Positions 16,910 through 26,914 are shown, counted from the stretch's first letter. The stretch: 55,389 nt of DNA from an uncultured Bacteroidales bacterium (GCA_902792835.1 CADBAZ010000004.1:1-55389), one strand, 5' to 3'. Notes: generated from the letters alone by a model not told the origin. Translations and numbers: made by a program.

Positions 16910-19168
16910 TCACACCATTATCGGCTCATCAGCCGGTTGGTTAAGCAGGATCTCGGTGATAACGTCTTCCACATGCGTCTGTATGGCGCGCCGTAGGGGA
17001 CGAGCACCGTAACGCGGATCGGAACCTTCTTTGATGATCTGTTCGCGTACCTCGGGTGTAATGGTCACATTATACCCCATTACAGCGGTGCGAGCCAGCA
17101 GTCCGCTCAGTTCGATATCCACTATGCGCTCCAGCGCTTCGCGTCCGAGGGAGTGGAAGAACACTACGGCATCCAGCCTGTTGACAAACTCCGGCGGGAA
17201 CGTGCGGTTGAGCGCCTTGGTCAGTATCGACTGCGAGGTACGTGCGTCGGGTGTAGATGACTCAAAGCCTATACCTGCTCCCTGCTCGGCAAGTTGGCGC
17301 GTACCGACATTCGAGGTGAAGATGATGATCGTGTTGCGGAAATCCACTGTATGCCCCTGACGGTCGGTCAATCGGCCTTCGTCCAGCATTTGTAGTAGCA
17401 CGTTGAAGATGTCCGAGTGCGCTTTCTCTATTTCATCGAACAGGATGATTGAGTAGGGCTTGCGCCGCACAGCTTCCGTCAATCGTCCGCCTTCCTCATG
17501 CGCCACATATCCCGGAGGGGCACCTACCATCAGCGAGGCAGTGTGTTTCTCGCCGTACTCCGACATATCAAAGCGGATGAGTGCATCCTTCGAGCCAAAC
17601 ATCTCTTCTGCAAGACATTGCGCCAGATAGGTTTTGCCTACGCCTGTCGGACCGAGGAAGAAGAACGAACCGATAGGTCTGTTCGGGTCAGACAAACCGA
17701 GTCGTGAACGGCGAATGGCTTTCACCACCTGACTGACAGCCTCATCCTGCCCGATTACGCGTGAGCGCAGTTCGCGGTCGAGTTCGCGCAGACGCTGACT
17801 CTCTGCCGTAGCAACCCTCTGTACCGGCACGCCGGACATAATACTCACTACTTCCGCTATATCAGCATCCGTGACTTCGGATTTCTGATTTTCTGACTTC
17901 TGATCTCCGACTTCTGAATTCTGACTCCTCGATGCCAGCAGCGCTCCTGCTTCATCGAGTACATCAATTGCCTTATCGGGGAACGCACGATCGGTAATAT
18001 ACCGTTCGGACAAACGCACACACGCCTCAATCGCTTCCGGCGAGTATTCAACATGGTGGTAGTCGCTGTAGTACGGCGCAAGTTGCTGCAATATGCCTAC
18101 AGTTTCATCGGCTGTGGTAGGGGGAATAATAATCTTCTGGAATCGGCGCTCAAGTGCCCCGTCTTTCTCAATTGTTTTCTTGTACTCGGCAAGCGTTGTT
18201 GCACCAATGCACTGCACTTCACCGCGCGCCAAAGCCGGTTTGAGGATTCCTGCTGCATCCAGCGAACCTGAACCGTTACCGGCGCCCATGAGGGTGTGTA
18301 TCTCATCGATGAACAGGATGATTTCGGGGTGCTTGCGTAGTTCTTGCAGCACGTTTTTCATGCGCTCCTCAAACTGCCCGCGGTACATTGTTCCCGCTAC
18401 GAGCACTGCCAAATCCAGGCTGATGATCCGTTTGTTCTGCAGTTCTGGCACATCGGTTCGTATCAGCCGTTCCGCCAAGCCTTCGACAATAGCTGACTTG
18501 CCTACACCCGGGTCACCGAGCAGGATCGGGTTGTTCTTCCTGCGGCGTGACAGGATACGCAGCACGCGGGTTATCTCCTGCTCGCGCCCAACAACAGGAT
18601 CAAGTTTACCTTCAATAGCCATGCGCGTCAAGTCACGGCCGTAGGCATCCAGTGCAGGTGTATCGGATTTGCTCTTGGCTTTCGACTTTTGCCTTTCACC
18701 TTTCTCCTCTTCTTCCGCTGTTCCGTCCGCCATCACACGCTCCGGTTTGGGGTACATTTCTTCGATGACTTCGTAGGTTACGCCGTAGGCATTCTCCATG
18801 GTCTGCGCCACGAAGTTAATACGCTCACGCAGGATAGCCAGCAGCAGATGGATTGATCCCGCGACCTCTGCACCATAAGCATCACGCTCTATACTTACCA
18901 AACGGACAATTCGCTCTCCGGCAGGCGACAGATGAATCGTGTTGTTCTCTACCTGCTCCGGCGGCTCTTGGCGAACGTGATCATCTAACACGTGTTTGAG
19001 TTCAGTGAACTTGACGCTGGTCTTGCTGAGTATGTCGTATGCGGTGCCTTCTGCCAGGCGCAGAATGCCGAGCATCAGATGTTCGGGACTGACCTTGGCG
19101 TTACCCAGACGAACAGTTTCTTGTCCGGCGTAAGAAATAATCGTTTTCAGTCGTGCTGTATATTCCAT
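16910..19168 (-). CDS. ATP-dependent Clp protease ATP-binding subunit (ClpA/ClpC-type, two AAA+ modules)
   Basis: 752 aa. Clp_N repeats. Walker A motifs [15 protein letters not shown] and [15 protein letters not shown]. No long ClpB-type middle domain. Confidence 0.88.
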   Translation of the reverse strand: MEYTARLKTIISYAGQETVRLGNAKVSPEHLMLGILRLAEGTAYDILSKTSVKFTELKHVLDDHVRQEPPEQVENNTIHLSPAGERIVRLVSIERDAYGAEVAGSIHLLLAILRERINFVAQTMENAYGVTYEVIEEMYPKPERVMADGTAEEEEKGERQKSKAKSKSDTPALDAYGRDLTRMAIEGKLDPVVGREQEITRVLRILSRRRKNNPILLGDPGVGKSAIVEGLAERLIRTDVPELQNKRIISLDLAVLVAGTMYRGQFEERMKNVLQELRKHPEIILFIDEIHTLMGAGNGSGSLDAAGILKPALARGEVQCIGATTLAEYKKTIEKDGALERRFQKIIIPPTTADETVGILQQLAPYYSDYHHVEYSPEAIEACVRLSERYITDRAFPDKAIDVLDEAGALLASRSQNSEVGDQKSENQKSEVTDADIAEVVSIMSGVPVQRVATAESQRLRELDRELRSRVIGQDEAVSQVVKAIRRSRLGLSDPNRPIGSFFFLGPTGVGKTYLAQCLAEEMFGSKDALIRFDMSEYGEKHTASLMVGAPPGYVAHEEGGRLTEAVRRKPYSIILFDEIEKAHSDIFNVLLQMLDEGRLTDRQGHTVDFRNTIIIFTSNVGTRQLAEQGAGIGFESSTPDARTSQSILTKALNRTFPPEFVNRLDAVVFFHSLGREALERIVDIELSGLLARTAVMGYNVTITPEVREQIIKEGSDPRYGARPLRRAIQTHVEDVITEILLNQPADEPIMV
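17871..17934. repeat. Heptanucleotide-periodic array inside the clp CDS (GTGACTT CGGATTT CTGATTTT CTGACTT CTGATCT CCGACTT CTGAATT CTGACTC CTCGATG)
   Basis: Hand-parsed register. Encodes the linker [24 protein letters not shown] on the minus strand. Confidence 0.75.
18669..18717. repeat. Heptanucleotide-periodic array inside the clp CDS (TTGCTCT TGGCTTT CGACTTT TGCCTTT CACCTTT CTCCTCT TCTTCCG)
   Basis: Hand-parsed register. Encodes the [16 protein letters not shown] linker. Shares the 13-mer CTTTCGACTTTTG with 48049-48061. Confidence 0.7.
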
Positions 19169-19180
19169 AACTAATACCTT

Positions 19181-21037
19181 TTATTTATAGAAGTGCCACG
19201 CTAATCCCGCACGGAACATAGGCGGGTTAAGCGGATAACGAGCCATTGAGAAGTAATTGGCATCCATAAAATGTCCGTTCAAGTGCTGGTATTCGGCAAA
19301 GAACCGTAACTTAATCAATCGGACATAGAAGTTGGCATACACGTTGACAATCGGGTAGTTGCCTACCAGAACCTCGTTCTGCGTGCAGAACTGCGAGGTA
19401 GCGGGACTCAAAAGCGGTGCGTAATATGCTGTGTGATAGCGTACGTTTGCTCCAAACTGAGCATCCAAGGCGCGAAACCATACGCCGTGGTAATACAGGT
19501 TGCTGTACAACGCTACTGTCGGCAGCGACAACACGGCACTCGACGAATGTTGCCAAACAACATTATTCTCCCAATTGATCCACGGCGTGGTGAGGTCGAG
19601 ATGCGCATTCACTGCCAGCACTTGCACGTTGCCCTCGTGTTGCTTGGGCAGCCAGTTCTCGTCGAAGTAGATCAGCCGCGTCAAGTTCTCAAAACTGACA
19701 TCTACTGCCGGCTTGATCCACTTCGTGGGGTATGCTACTTCGCCGCCCACATAGAACCGATATGTTTTGCCGAAATTATTGTCCCACTTAAAGTGATTCG
19801 ACGAGTAGTGTTGCAGATAGTATGAGGGTGTCTGGTTGCGGACGTATGCCTTGGCGCTGATGGTCAGACTGTCCTTGCCCAAACGAAAACCCGCACTCAC
19901 ATGACCGTTCACTTGAAACTCGCCGATCTTGTATCCCACCACGCACACCTCACCGTTGAAGTCGTAGTGTACGTATTTCATCTTGCGCATAAACAGCGAC
20001 CCGCCCACAAAGGTGTTGTTCACCCATTTGTTTGAGGTACCCAGCGTATCGTCCTGCAAGGTATAGCGCTGGCACTCGTTGCGTGCAAACACATCAAACC
20101 CGAAGCGCAGCACACGGTTGAACTCCTCATGGAACGTTACATTCAGCGTATTGTTGATGCTCAGCACATTGGCGGTGTCGCGTGTGTCGGTGTGCAGGGT
20201 ATCGAAGGTGTTGGCGTAGAATGCTTGGTTTGAAGTCTTCTCTACATAGCGCTTGGTTGCCTCCTGGATGTCAAAAGCATGCCGGATGGTGATGAGCGGC
20301 ACGCTGTCGATGGTCTTGAACGTATAGGAGTGGTTCAAGTAACCAGCCAGATACCGCACGCCGGACATAGCTTGCAGGTTGATATCTATATCCTCTTTGT
20401 TGAGCGCACCGTTCAGATCATCGGGGTTGGCGATGCCGCCATTCTCAAAGTTCGACAACTTGGAGAAGTCAAACGCACCGTGTATGGCGTAGTTCTCGCC
20501 GCTGTAGGAGAGAAACACGTCGCCGTTGACCACCTTCGCTTCCTGAAAGGCATAATGACCTACAGAGTTCAGGTAGTTGATTTGTCCGCCTACATTCAGA
20601 TCCTCACGGATATTACCCGTCAGCAACACTTCCAGATCATGTTCCTCGCGATAGGTCTTGAAACCTCGCTTATAGGCAATCGTCGAGAATGGCAGATTCG
20701 TCCGAAAGAACCGCGTCCTGTCCGGCGTTATCAGGTACGGCGTGTAGGCATGCACAAAGATATTGTCGGTATAGGCTCGCCTGTCGAAGTATATCTTCGG
20801 TTGTATAGGCGAGATCAGATTACCGTTGTAGGCATTGGATATGCTGTAGTCGTTGATGACTGTCTGCATCGGATAGTTCATCTTCACCGTGTCCGGCAAA
20901 TCGGGCAGTGTGTCGGGAGTGATGAGCACAGGAGAGAAATGCCACGTCCGTATAACGGGCGTTGGCATTTTCTCCTTAGCTGCTGCCGTGATGACAAGCA
21001 GCAGTAATCCGATACTGACAATCAGTCGTTTGCTCAT
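19181..21037 (-). CDS. Outer-membrane beta-barrel protein, putative-porin-like (Bacteroidota family)
   Basis: 618 aa with a signal peptide (MSKRLIVSIGLLLLVITAAA). Alternating aromatic/hydrophilic strand pattern throughout. ATG overlaps the GH57 stop (ATGA). Confidence 0.5.
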   Translation of the reverse strand: MSKRLIVSIGLLLLVITAAAKEKMPTPVIRTWHFSPVLITPDTLPDLPDTVKMNYPMQTVINDYSISNAYNGNLISPIQPKIYFDRRAYTDNIFVHAYTPYLITPDRTRFFRTNLPFSTIAYKRGFKTYREEHDLEVLLTGNIREDLNVGGQINYLNSVGHYAFQEAKVVNGDVFLSYSGENYAIHGAFDFSKLSNFENGGIANPDDLNGALNKEDIDINLQAMSGVRYLAGYLNHSYTFKTIDSVPLITIRHAFDIQEATKRYVEKTSNQAFYANTFDTLHTDTRDTANVLSINNTLNVTFHEEFNRVLRFGFDVFARNECQRYTLQDDTLGTSNKWVNNTFVGGSLFMRKMKYVHYDFNGEVCVVGYKIGEFQVNGHVSAGFRLGKDSLTISAKAYVRNQTPSYYLQHYSSNHFKWDNNFGKTYRFYVGGEVAYPTKWIKPAVDVSFENLTRLIYFDENWLPKQHEGNVQVLAVNAHLDLTTPWINWENNVVWQHSSSAVLSLPTVALYSNLYYHGVWFRALDAQFGANVRYHTAYYAPLLSPATSQFCTQNEVLVGNYPIVNVYANFYVRLIKLRFFAEYQHLNGHFMDANYFSMARYPLNPPMFRAGLAWHFYK

Positions 21038-22317
21038 TCAGCTTTCGCCTTGCGACTGCGGAGTTTCTTGATCTCCTCTTGCAACTCCTCAATCTCTTGG
21101 TTCTGGTTGTTGATGGTCTTCAGCAGACCGTTCAACTCCTCGTTCTCAATCGTTGTCGGATATTGCTCTTCCACTCTCTGCAGGAAGTCCGAGAGGATGT
21201 TCATGTAGTTGATGAACGCATCGTAAGCCGACTCATAGTGCGTGTTGCCAGCGTTGATGTGGTTCATGTACAGGAAGTTATCCGCTACCTGCAGGTGCAG
21301 CCAGTCGCGTTGCAAGTTCTTGTCCTGGCACAGATGAACGCGCTCGGCTACTGCATAGAGTTTGTTCAGCGCCTCTTGCTGCAGGTCGTTGCCTACGAAC
21401 GGAGCAAGGTCTTTCGCCTCCCCGCACCACGTGTTGGCAAACGGAACAGCCAGACTATCCACGGCAGCTTTCTTGCCTGCCTCCGACGGAGTGAGGAAGC
21501 CTATCTCTTTCTCCAGTGCGAAGTACGGGATAGCCTTCAGGAACTCGAAGATTCCCGTTGCAGCCTGCTGACGGATACCAAAGGTCTCAGCTCCCAGCCA
21601 GATGTTCACCAGATCTTCCTCCTTCGGCAGGTCGATGATCTGCTGCGTGAACTTCTCAGCGTCCATCGGGTAGCCCGGCCATGAACTGTCAGAGAACAAG
21701 AACGCCAGCGAGTCAGATACCTGAGCATTACGCAGCAACAGTTTCATCTTCGGTGCAGCCGCAGCAGCATATACATAGTTCGGCGACTTCCATGACAGCA
21801 GGTGTTTCGAGCCCTCGGTCATACAGGTCTTGAAGCCGAGTTTCTGAGCCTTGAATGCCAACTCGTCGTCAAACAGCAACTCGGTGTTGCACAACGTTGT
21901 GGACTTCTGACCGAACAACTCGTTGATCTTGTCAACGTGTTGCTTAACCTGTGCAGCAAACTCGTTGGCATCGTACTGCGAAGCCAGTGAGTAGGCATAC
22001 GGCATAGCCACAAACTCCACGCACTTCGTGTCAGCCAGTGCTTTCAGGCTGTCAATCATCTCCGGTACAAACTGCTCGAACATCTCCAATATCTCACCCG
22101 AGATAGCGAATGCGCAGCGGAACTTGCCGCGGCTCAGACGGATCATCTCTTGCAGCGTCTGGCACAGTGGCAGGTACGAGGTGGAAGCAAGGTACTGAAC
22201 TTGATCCTCGCTCTGCATATCCTCGTAGTAGTAGTGGTCAGCACCTATGTCAAAGAAACGGTAGCGTTTCATGCGGAACGGTGCATGCATCTGGAAGCAA
22301 AAACATATATTTTTCAT
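21034..22317 (-). CDS. Glycoside hydrolase family 57 (alpha-amylase/alpha-glucan-processing enzyme)
   Basis: 427 aa. N-terminal CFCFQMHAPFRMKRYRFFD resembles the GH57 start. Lies in the conserved Bacteroidales GH57-GT4-GH133 neighbourhood. Confidence 0.8.
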   Translation of the reverse strand: MKNICFCFQMHAPFRMKRYRFFDIGADHYYYEDMQSEDQVQYLASTSYLPLCQTLQEMIRLSRGKFRCAFAISGEILEMFEQFVPEMIDSLKALADTKCVEFVAMPYAYSLASQYDANEFAAQVKQHVDKINELFGQKSTTLCNTELLFDDELAFKAQKLGFKTCMTEGSKHLLSWKSPNYVYAAAAAPKMKLLLRNAQVSDSLAFLFSDSSWPGYPMDAEKFTQQIIDLPKEEDLVNIWLGAETFGIRQQAATGIFEFLKAIPYFALEKEIGFLTPSEAGKKAAVDSLAVPFANTWCGEAKDLAPFVGNDLQQEALNKLYAVAERVHLCQDKNLQRDWLHLQVADNFLYMNHINAGNTHYESAYDAFINYMNILSDFLQRVEEQYPTTIENEELNGLLKTINNQNQEIEELQEEIKKLRSRKAKAE

Positions 22318-22343
22318 AATCTTTGAATTTTATCAGTTAATAA

Positions 22344-22393
22344 TCTTTTGTCTTTCAGCAGCCAAACTTGGCTGCGGTCTTTTGTCTTTCAGC
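22344..22393. repeat. Composite element: 16-nt direct repeat TCTTTTGTCTTTCAGC (22344-22359 and 22378-22393) flanking the palindrome GCAGCCAAACTTGGCTGC (22358-22375)
   Basis: Read directly; located between the GT4 stop and the GH57 start. Confidence 0.8.
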
Positions 22394-22405
22394 CGTAGGC
22401 GGTCT

Positions 22406-23668
22406 CTATAGCGAATGATTGATTACACCGTCGTAGATGCGGCGCACCTTCAGTCCGGCGTCGTACCACTTGATGTTGTTCACCTCCTCGCGACCGAGCT
22501 CGCTAAGCGACTTGTACATAGCCGGATACTTCACGATAGCGTATATAGCATCCGCCATGGCGTCGATGTCCCAGTAGTCGGTCTTGATGGCGTGCTGCAG
22601 GATCTCTGCGCAGCCCGACTGATGCGATATGATCGACGGACAGCCTACCTGCATAGCTTCCAGCGGCGATATACCGAACGGCTCGGATACCGACGGCATG
22701 ATATATACGTCACTCTCGCAGAGCATCTCCTGTACCTGCTTGCCGCGCATGAAGCCCGGGAAGTGGAACTTGTCGGCTATACCGCGCTTGGCAACAAGGT
22801 CGATCATCTCCTGCATCTTGTCGCCCGAACCAGCCATCACGAAGCGTACGCCGTCGGTCTTGGCGAGCACGCGTGCAGCGGCTTCCACGAAGAACTCCGG
22901 ACCTTTCTGCATCGTGATTCGTCCGAGGAACGTAACGAGTTTGTCTTTCCGCGGATGCTTAACGAACTCCTCGGGATTCGGCAGCGGCTCCACAGCGTTG
23001 TGAACCGTCGATACCTTGTATGCCGGGATACCGTATTTCTCGATCACCGTGTTGCGCGTCAGGTTACTTACGCACATGATATGGTCAGCTTCCTCCATGC
23101 CGCGTTTCTCGATCGAGAACACCGTCGGGTTAACGTTTCCGCGTGAGCGGTCGAAGTCCGTAGCGTGAACGTGGATCACCAGCGGCTTGCCGCTGATGTG
23201 TTTGGCGAACACACCAGCGGGATAGGTCAACCAGTCGTGCGAGTGGATGATATCGAAGTCCAGCGAATGTGCCAGAACCGATGCCACTGCCTCGTAGTTA
23301 CTGATCTCCTCGAGCAGGTTGTCAGGATAGCGACCCGAGAAACCGATGCAACCCAGGTCATCCGTACCGATGCGGGTGAAGTCGTAGTGAATACCGTTCC
23401 GCAGGTTATAGAACTCCTCGGGCGACATTTTGCCTTCCATGCGTTGGCGAACGTAGTTGTAATCCACGTCCTTCCATACTACCGGAACGCTATTCGCACC
23501 GATGATGCGCAGGAACGACTGATCCTCGTCACCCCACGGTTTGGGGATAACGAAAGTGATATGCATGTCTTCCTGTTGAGCCATGCCGCGGGTCAGACCG
23601 TAACTGGCTGTACCTAAACCTCCAAGGATATGAGGGGGAAATTCCCAACCGAACATTAATGCTTTCAT
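22406..23668 (-). CDS. Glycosyltransferase family 4, glycogen-synthase-like
   Basis: 420 aa. GT-B fold with an N-terminal FPPHILGGLGTA loop and the C-terminal E-x7-E region SVSEPFGISPLEAM. Confidence 0.8.
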   Translation of the reverse strand: MKALMFGWEFPPHILGGLGTASYGLTRGMAQQEDMHITFVIPKPWGDEDQSFLRIIGANSVPVVWKDVDYNYVRQRMEGKMSPEEFYNLRNGIHYDFTRIGTDDLGCIGFSGRYPDNLLEEISNYEAVASVLAHSLDFDIIHSHDWLTYPAGVFAKHISGKPLVIHVHATDFDRSRGNVNPTVFSIEKRGMEEADHIMCVSNLTRNTVIEKYGIPAYKVSTVHNAVEPLPNPEEFVKHPRKDKLVTFLGRITMQKGPEFFVEAAARVLAKTDGVRFVMAGSGDKMQEMIDLVAKRGIADKFHFPGFMRGKQVQEMLCESDVYIMPSVSEPFGISPLEAMQVGCPSIISHQSGCAEILQHAIKTDYWDIDAMADAIYAIVKYPAMYKSLSELGREEVNNIKWYDAGLKVRRIYDGVINHSL

Positions 23669-23680
23669 ATCTCGTTCCTC

Positions 23681-25639
23681 CTATTTTTGTTCGTTATTCT
23701 CTGCTGCGGATTTCTCCATAGCGCGCAGTTCGTTAAATACCGTCAGGGCAGCAGCTACGCTCGGTGCGTAACTCATGCCGCCGTGTCCTTTGTACGGTGG
23801 GTTGCCGTCGTACAACTCGTTGAGCGTGCCTATACACAGCTCGCTCATCTCAGCCTCAAAGCCTACCAGCAGTCGGCGCATGAAGCTCTCGCCGCTGTGC
23901 TGATATACGCGCAGGTAAGCCCTGCCGTAAGCCGACAGCGTCGATGGCCATACGGGGCCGTTGTGGAAGTTCCTGTCGCGCTCCAACTGACCGCCGATAT
24001 ATACCGGACGGTAGTTGCCGCTCTTAGGCGACAAGGTACGCAAGCCCTTAGGTGTATAAAGCTCCTTCGTGCAGATATCCACGATAGCTTTCTGCTGACG
24101 TCTGTCAAGCGGCGAGTGCGGTAGCGACACTGCCCAGATCTGGTTCGGACGAACCTCTTTGTCCTGGTAGTTGTCGATCACGTAGTCGTTCAGGTACAGT
24201 CCGTTCCAGAACGTGCGGACGAACGCGTCACGGGTCAGCTCCGACTGATACTCCATCAGTTCAGCCAGGTGCTCCTTGCCTTGCGCTTTCAGCAGCTCGG
24301 TAGCAAAGCACATAGCGTTGTACCAGTAGGCGTTGATCTCCACTACATAGCCCGTACGCGGGGTGATAGGACGACCGTTCTCCACGGCGTTCATCCATGT
24401 GGCAGGTTTGTCTCTGCCCTCAACCCACAGCAGTCCGTTGTGGTGCAGACGTGCCGTCGGGTGGTTGCCTTTGCGATAGAGGGCGATGATGTCCTGTATC
24501 AGGTCGCCATATTGTGCTGCCACATCCTCGATGTCGGCGTACTTCGTATATTCCTGAATAGCATACACAAACCACAACAGGCTGTCCGGCTCGCCCATGT
24601 CTGCCATGTGCAGACCGTCACGTTGTCCGTCCAGGAACGCGCGCACCTCAGGCACGGCTGTCTTGTTCATGATTACATCCCAGTATTCGGGACGGTTGAT
24701 ACCCATCGTACATGCGCATACTGCAAAGAACTCGGCGCGAGCATTAGGTGCGTACCACGGGTAACCCGGCAACAGGTAGCACTTGTCGCCCTCACGTTTG
24801 TAGAACTGCGATGCGGAGTTCTTGAGCCATGAGTACATATCGTTCTTTGCCATACGGCGCTCCGACTCTTTCTCCCAGAGTTGTTTCAATCCGGAGGGCT
24901 TGAGCTCGCTTATGCCGGCAGAGAAGATGATCGACTCGCCCTTACGCATCTGTACCTCGAAGTAACCCGGTACCATCTGATCCTCTTTGTACTCAAATCC
25001 GCGTTCTTTCTCCTTGCGGTAGCGGATACCCTCGTACCAATGCGGGTCGTGAACGTAAGTTACCTGTTTGTTGAATTGCATGTACAGCTTCGGCAGGCTC
25101 TCGTAGAGTTGGCATACACGGCCGTTGGGGATCTCGTCCATGTTCGTGTTCGCCATGTTGTTGGCGTGCGTGAGCGAGTTGATGTCGCGGAACGCCAAGA
25201 ACGGCTTGAAACGCATTGTGGTCGAAGCGCCCGAGTCAAGCAACGTGTAACGCACGAGGATGCGCGGCTCGAAGCTCACCAGCATGTGCTCTTTGGTCAG
25301 CACCACGCCGCCTACGCGGTACGTAGTCTTACTGATCGTGATGCAGTCAAACTCACGGATGTACTTGTGTCCGTTGGGCGAGAACTGATTCTCGCGATAC
25401 TCGTGCAACCCAAGGTTGAAGGCTGCACCGTGCTGGATGATCGTCTCGTCCAGCGAGGAGAGGAGCACATAGTTGTGATCTCCTACCGGCACTACCAACT
25501 GACCGTGGTACTTACGCGTATTGCAACCCACAAGGGTCGATGCACAATACGCTCCCGCACGGTTGGTCAGCAGCAGCTCCTTACTCAAACTTCGCTCGAG
25601 GTTGACGAGCAAGGTCTTGTCAAAATTTAAGTAACTCAT
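23681..25639 (-). CDS. Glycogen debranching enzyme / amylo-alpha-1,6-glucosidase (GH133-like)
   Basis: 652 aa. Has the N-terminal debranching-enzyme domain and a C-terminal (alpha/alpha)6 GDE_C-like region (WMNA..., GPVWPS...). Confidence 0.82.
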   Translation of the reverse strand: MSYLNFDKTLLVNLERSLSKELLLTNRAGAYCASTLVGCNTRKYHGQLVVPVGDHNYVLLSSLDETIIQHGAAFNLGLHEYRENQFSPNGHKYIREFDCITISKTTYRVGGVVLTKEHMLVSFEPRILVRYTLLDSGASTTMRFKPFLAFRDINSLTHANNMANTNMDEIPNGRVCQLYESLPKLYMQFNKQVTYVHDPHWYEGIRYRKEKERGFEYKEDQMVPGYFEVQMRKGESIIFSAGISELKPSGLKQLWEKESERRMAKNDMYSWLKNSASQFYKREGDKCYLLPGYPWYAPNARAEFFAVCACTMGINRPEYWDVIMNKTAVPEVRAFLDGQRDGLHMADMGEPDSLLWFVYAIQEYTKYADIEDVAAQYGDLIQDIIALYRKGNHPTARLHHNGLLWVEGRDKPATWMNAVENGRPITPRTGYVVEINAYWYNAMCFATELLKAQGKEHLAELMEYQSELTRDAFVRTFWNGLYLNDYVIDNYQDKEVRPNQIWAVSLPHSPLDRRQQKAIVDICTKELYTPKGLRTLSPKSGNYRPVYIGGQLERDRNFHNGPVWPSTLSAYGRAYLRVYQHSGESFMRRLLVGFEAEMSELCIGTLNELYDGNPPYKGHGGMSYAPSVAAALTVFNELRAMEKSAAENNEQK

Positions 25640-25650
25640 ATATTGTGTTT

Positions 25651-26838
25651 TTAGGTGTATTTGCCATTAAACTTACTTTCAACTTCCGCAACTATCTGCC
25701 GGATGTTCTGCTCTCGGTCTTTCCGGCAAATGAGCAGCACATTGCCGTTCTGCGCCACGATCATGTCCTGCATCCCCTCGATCACTGCCAGGTTACCTTC
25801 CGGCAATGTCACTACATTCCCATCACTCTCATAGAACAGCGTGTTGCCGTGCAGGGCTACATTCTTGTGCTCATCCTTCTGTCCGAGGTCGTACAGCGAG
25901 CCCCATGTGCCCAGATCGCTCCAACCGAAGTCCGCGTAGATAACGCGTACATCCGCAGCTTTCTCCAATATGCCGTAGTCCAGACTGATGCTCGGGCAGG
26001 TGGGGAACTTCTCCTGTATGAACGCTTCCTCTGCCGGTGTGCTCATCACCTCGTCGCCTTCCTTGAACACATCGGCTATCGTCGGCTGATGCGTGCGGAA
26101 CGCCTTGCGGATGGCGCGGATATTCCAAAGGAAGATACCTGAGTTCCACAAGAACTCTCCGCTCTCATAGAACACTTTCGCCAGATTCAGATTCGGCTTC
26201 TCGGTGAACGTCTTCACACTGTATACATTGCCTGCATTTTCCTCATTTTGCACTTTGCATTTTGCATTCTCCACATCCATTTGAATGTATCCATACCCCG
26301 TTTCCGGTCGTGTGGGACGCATACCAAGCGTCAGCAGGCTGTCGTGCTCGCTGATGTGCTGCAAGCCGACCTTCAGCGTATCGATGAACTTGTCCTCACG
26401 CAGGATCAGGTGGTCGCTTGGTGCTACAATGATGTTCGCATGGCTCGCATCGTCGTTCCAATCGACATCGGCTATGCTCTTGATGCCCATGCGCCTACCC
26501 ATGATGCCGGATATATGCGATATGGCGTATGCCACGCACGGCGCGGTGTTACGTCTCGCCGGTTCGCATAGGATCTGCTCCGGTTTGAGCTCGGGCAGTT
26601 GCTCAAGCATCAGATCTTTGTACAGTACGTTCGTTACGATCAGGATGTTCTCCATCGGAACGAGTTCGCGGAAACGGTTCACAGTCATCTGCAGCAGACT
26701 CTGCCCTGTGCCAAAGAAGTCCAGGAACTGTTTCGGGCGGCTGTTACGGCTCTCCGGCCAGAACCGGCTGCCTACGCCTCCTGCCATAATCACGCAGAAG
26801 TTCCGCTCACGCGCTAATTTATCTATTGGTTTTGTCAT
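25651..26838 (-). CDS. Sugar-1-phosphate nucleotidyltransferase (ManC / mannose-1-phosphate guanylyltransferase-like)
   Basis: ATG at 26838 (MTKPIDKL...) preferred over the longer track ORF. MAGGVGSRFWPESR pyrophosphorylase loop. Contains a heptamer-encoded insertion ENAKCKVQNEENAGN. Confidence 0.78.
   Translation of the reverse strand: MTKPIDKLARERNFCVIMAGGVGSRFWPESRNSRPKQFLDFFGTGQSLLQMTVNRFRELVPMENILIVTNVLYKDLMLEQLPELKPEQILCEPARRNTAPCVAYAISHISGIMGRRMGIKSIADVDWNDDASHANIIVAPSDHLILREDKFIDTLKVGLQHISEHDSLLTLGMRPTRPETGYGYIQMDVENAKCKVQNEENAGNVYSVKTFTEKPNLNLAKVFYESGEFLWNSGIFLWNIRAIRKAFRTHQPTIADVFKEGDEVMSTPAEEAFIQEKFPTCPSISLDYGILEKAADVRVIYADFGWSDLGTWGSLYDLGQKDEHKNVALHGNTLFYESDGNVVTLPEGNLAVIEGMQDMIVAQNGNVLLICRKDREQNIRQIVAEVESKFNGKYT
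26233..26274. repeat. Heptanucleotide-periodic tract inside the nucleotidyltransferase CDS (TGCATTT TCCTCAT TTTGCAC TTTGCAT TTTGCAT TCTCCAC)
   Basis: Hand parsed. The reverse complement shares the 15-mer AATGCAAAATGCAAA with 45789-45803. Confidence 0.7.
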
Positions 26839-26845
26839 ATTCAAA

Positions 26846-26908
26846 AACTTTCCACTTTTAACTATACGACTTCTCTCAACTCTCAACTTTCAACTATCAA
26901 CTAATAAA
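26846..26908. repeat. Nine in-register heptamers in the 5' leader of the nucleotidyltransferase operon (AACTTTC CACTTTT AACTATA CGACTTC TCTCAAC TCTCAAC TTTCAAC TATCAAC TAATAAA)
   Basis: Hand parsed. Lies between the -7 box at 26915-26922 and the ATG at 26838. Confidence 0.75.
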
Positions 26909-26914
26909 CGCCTA

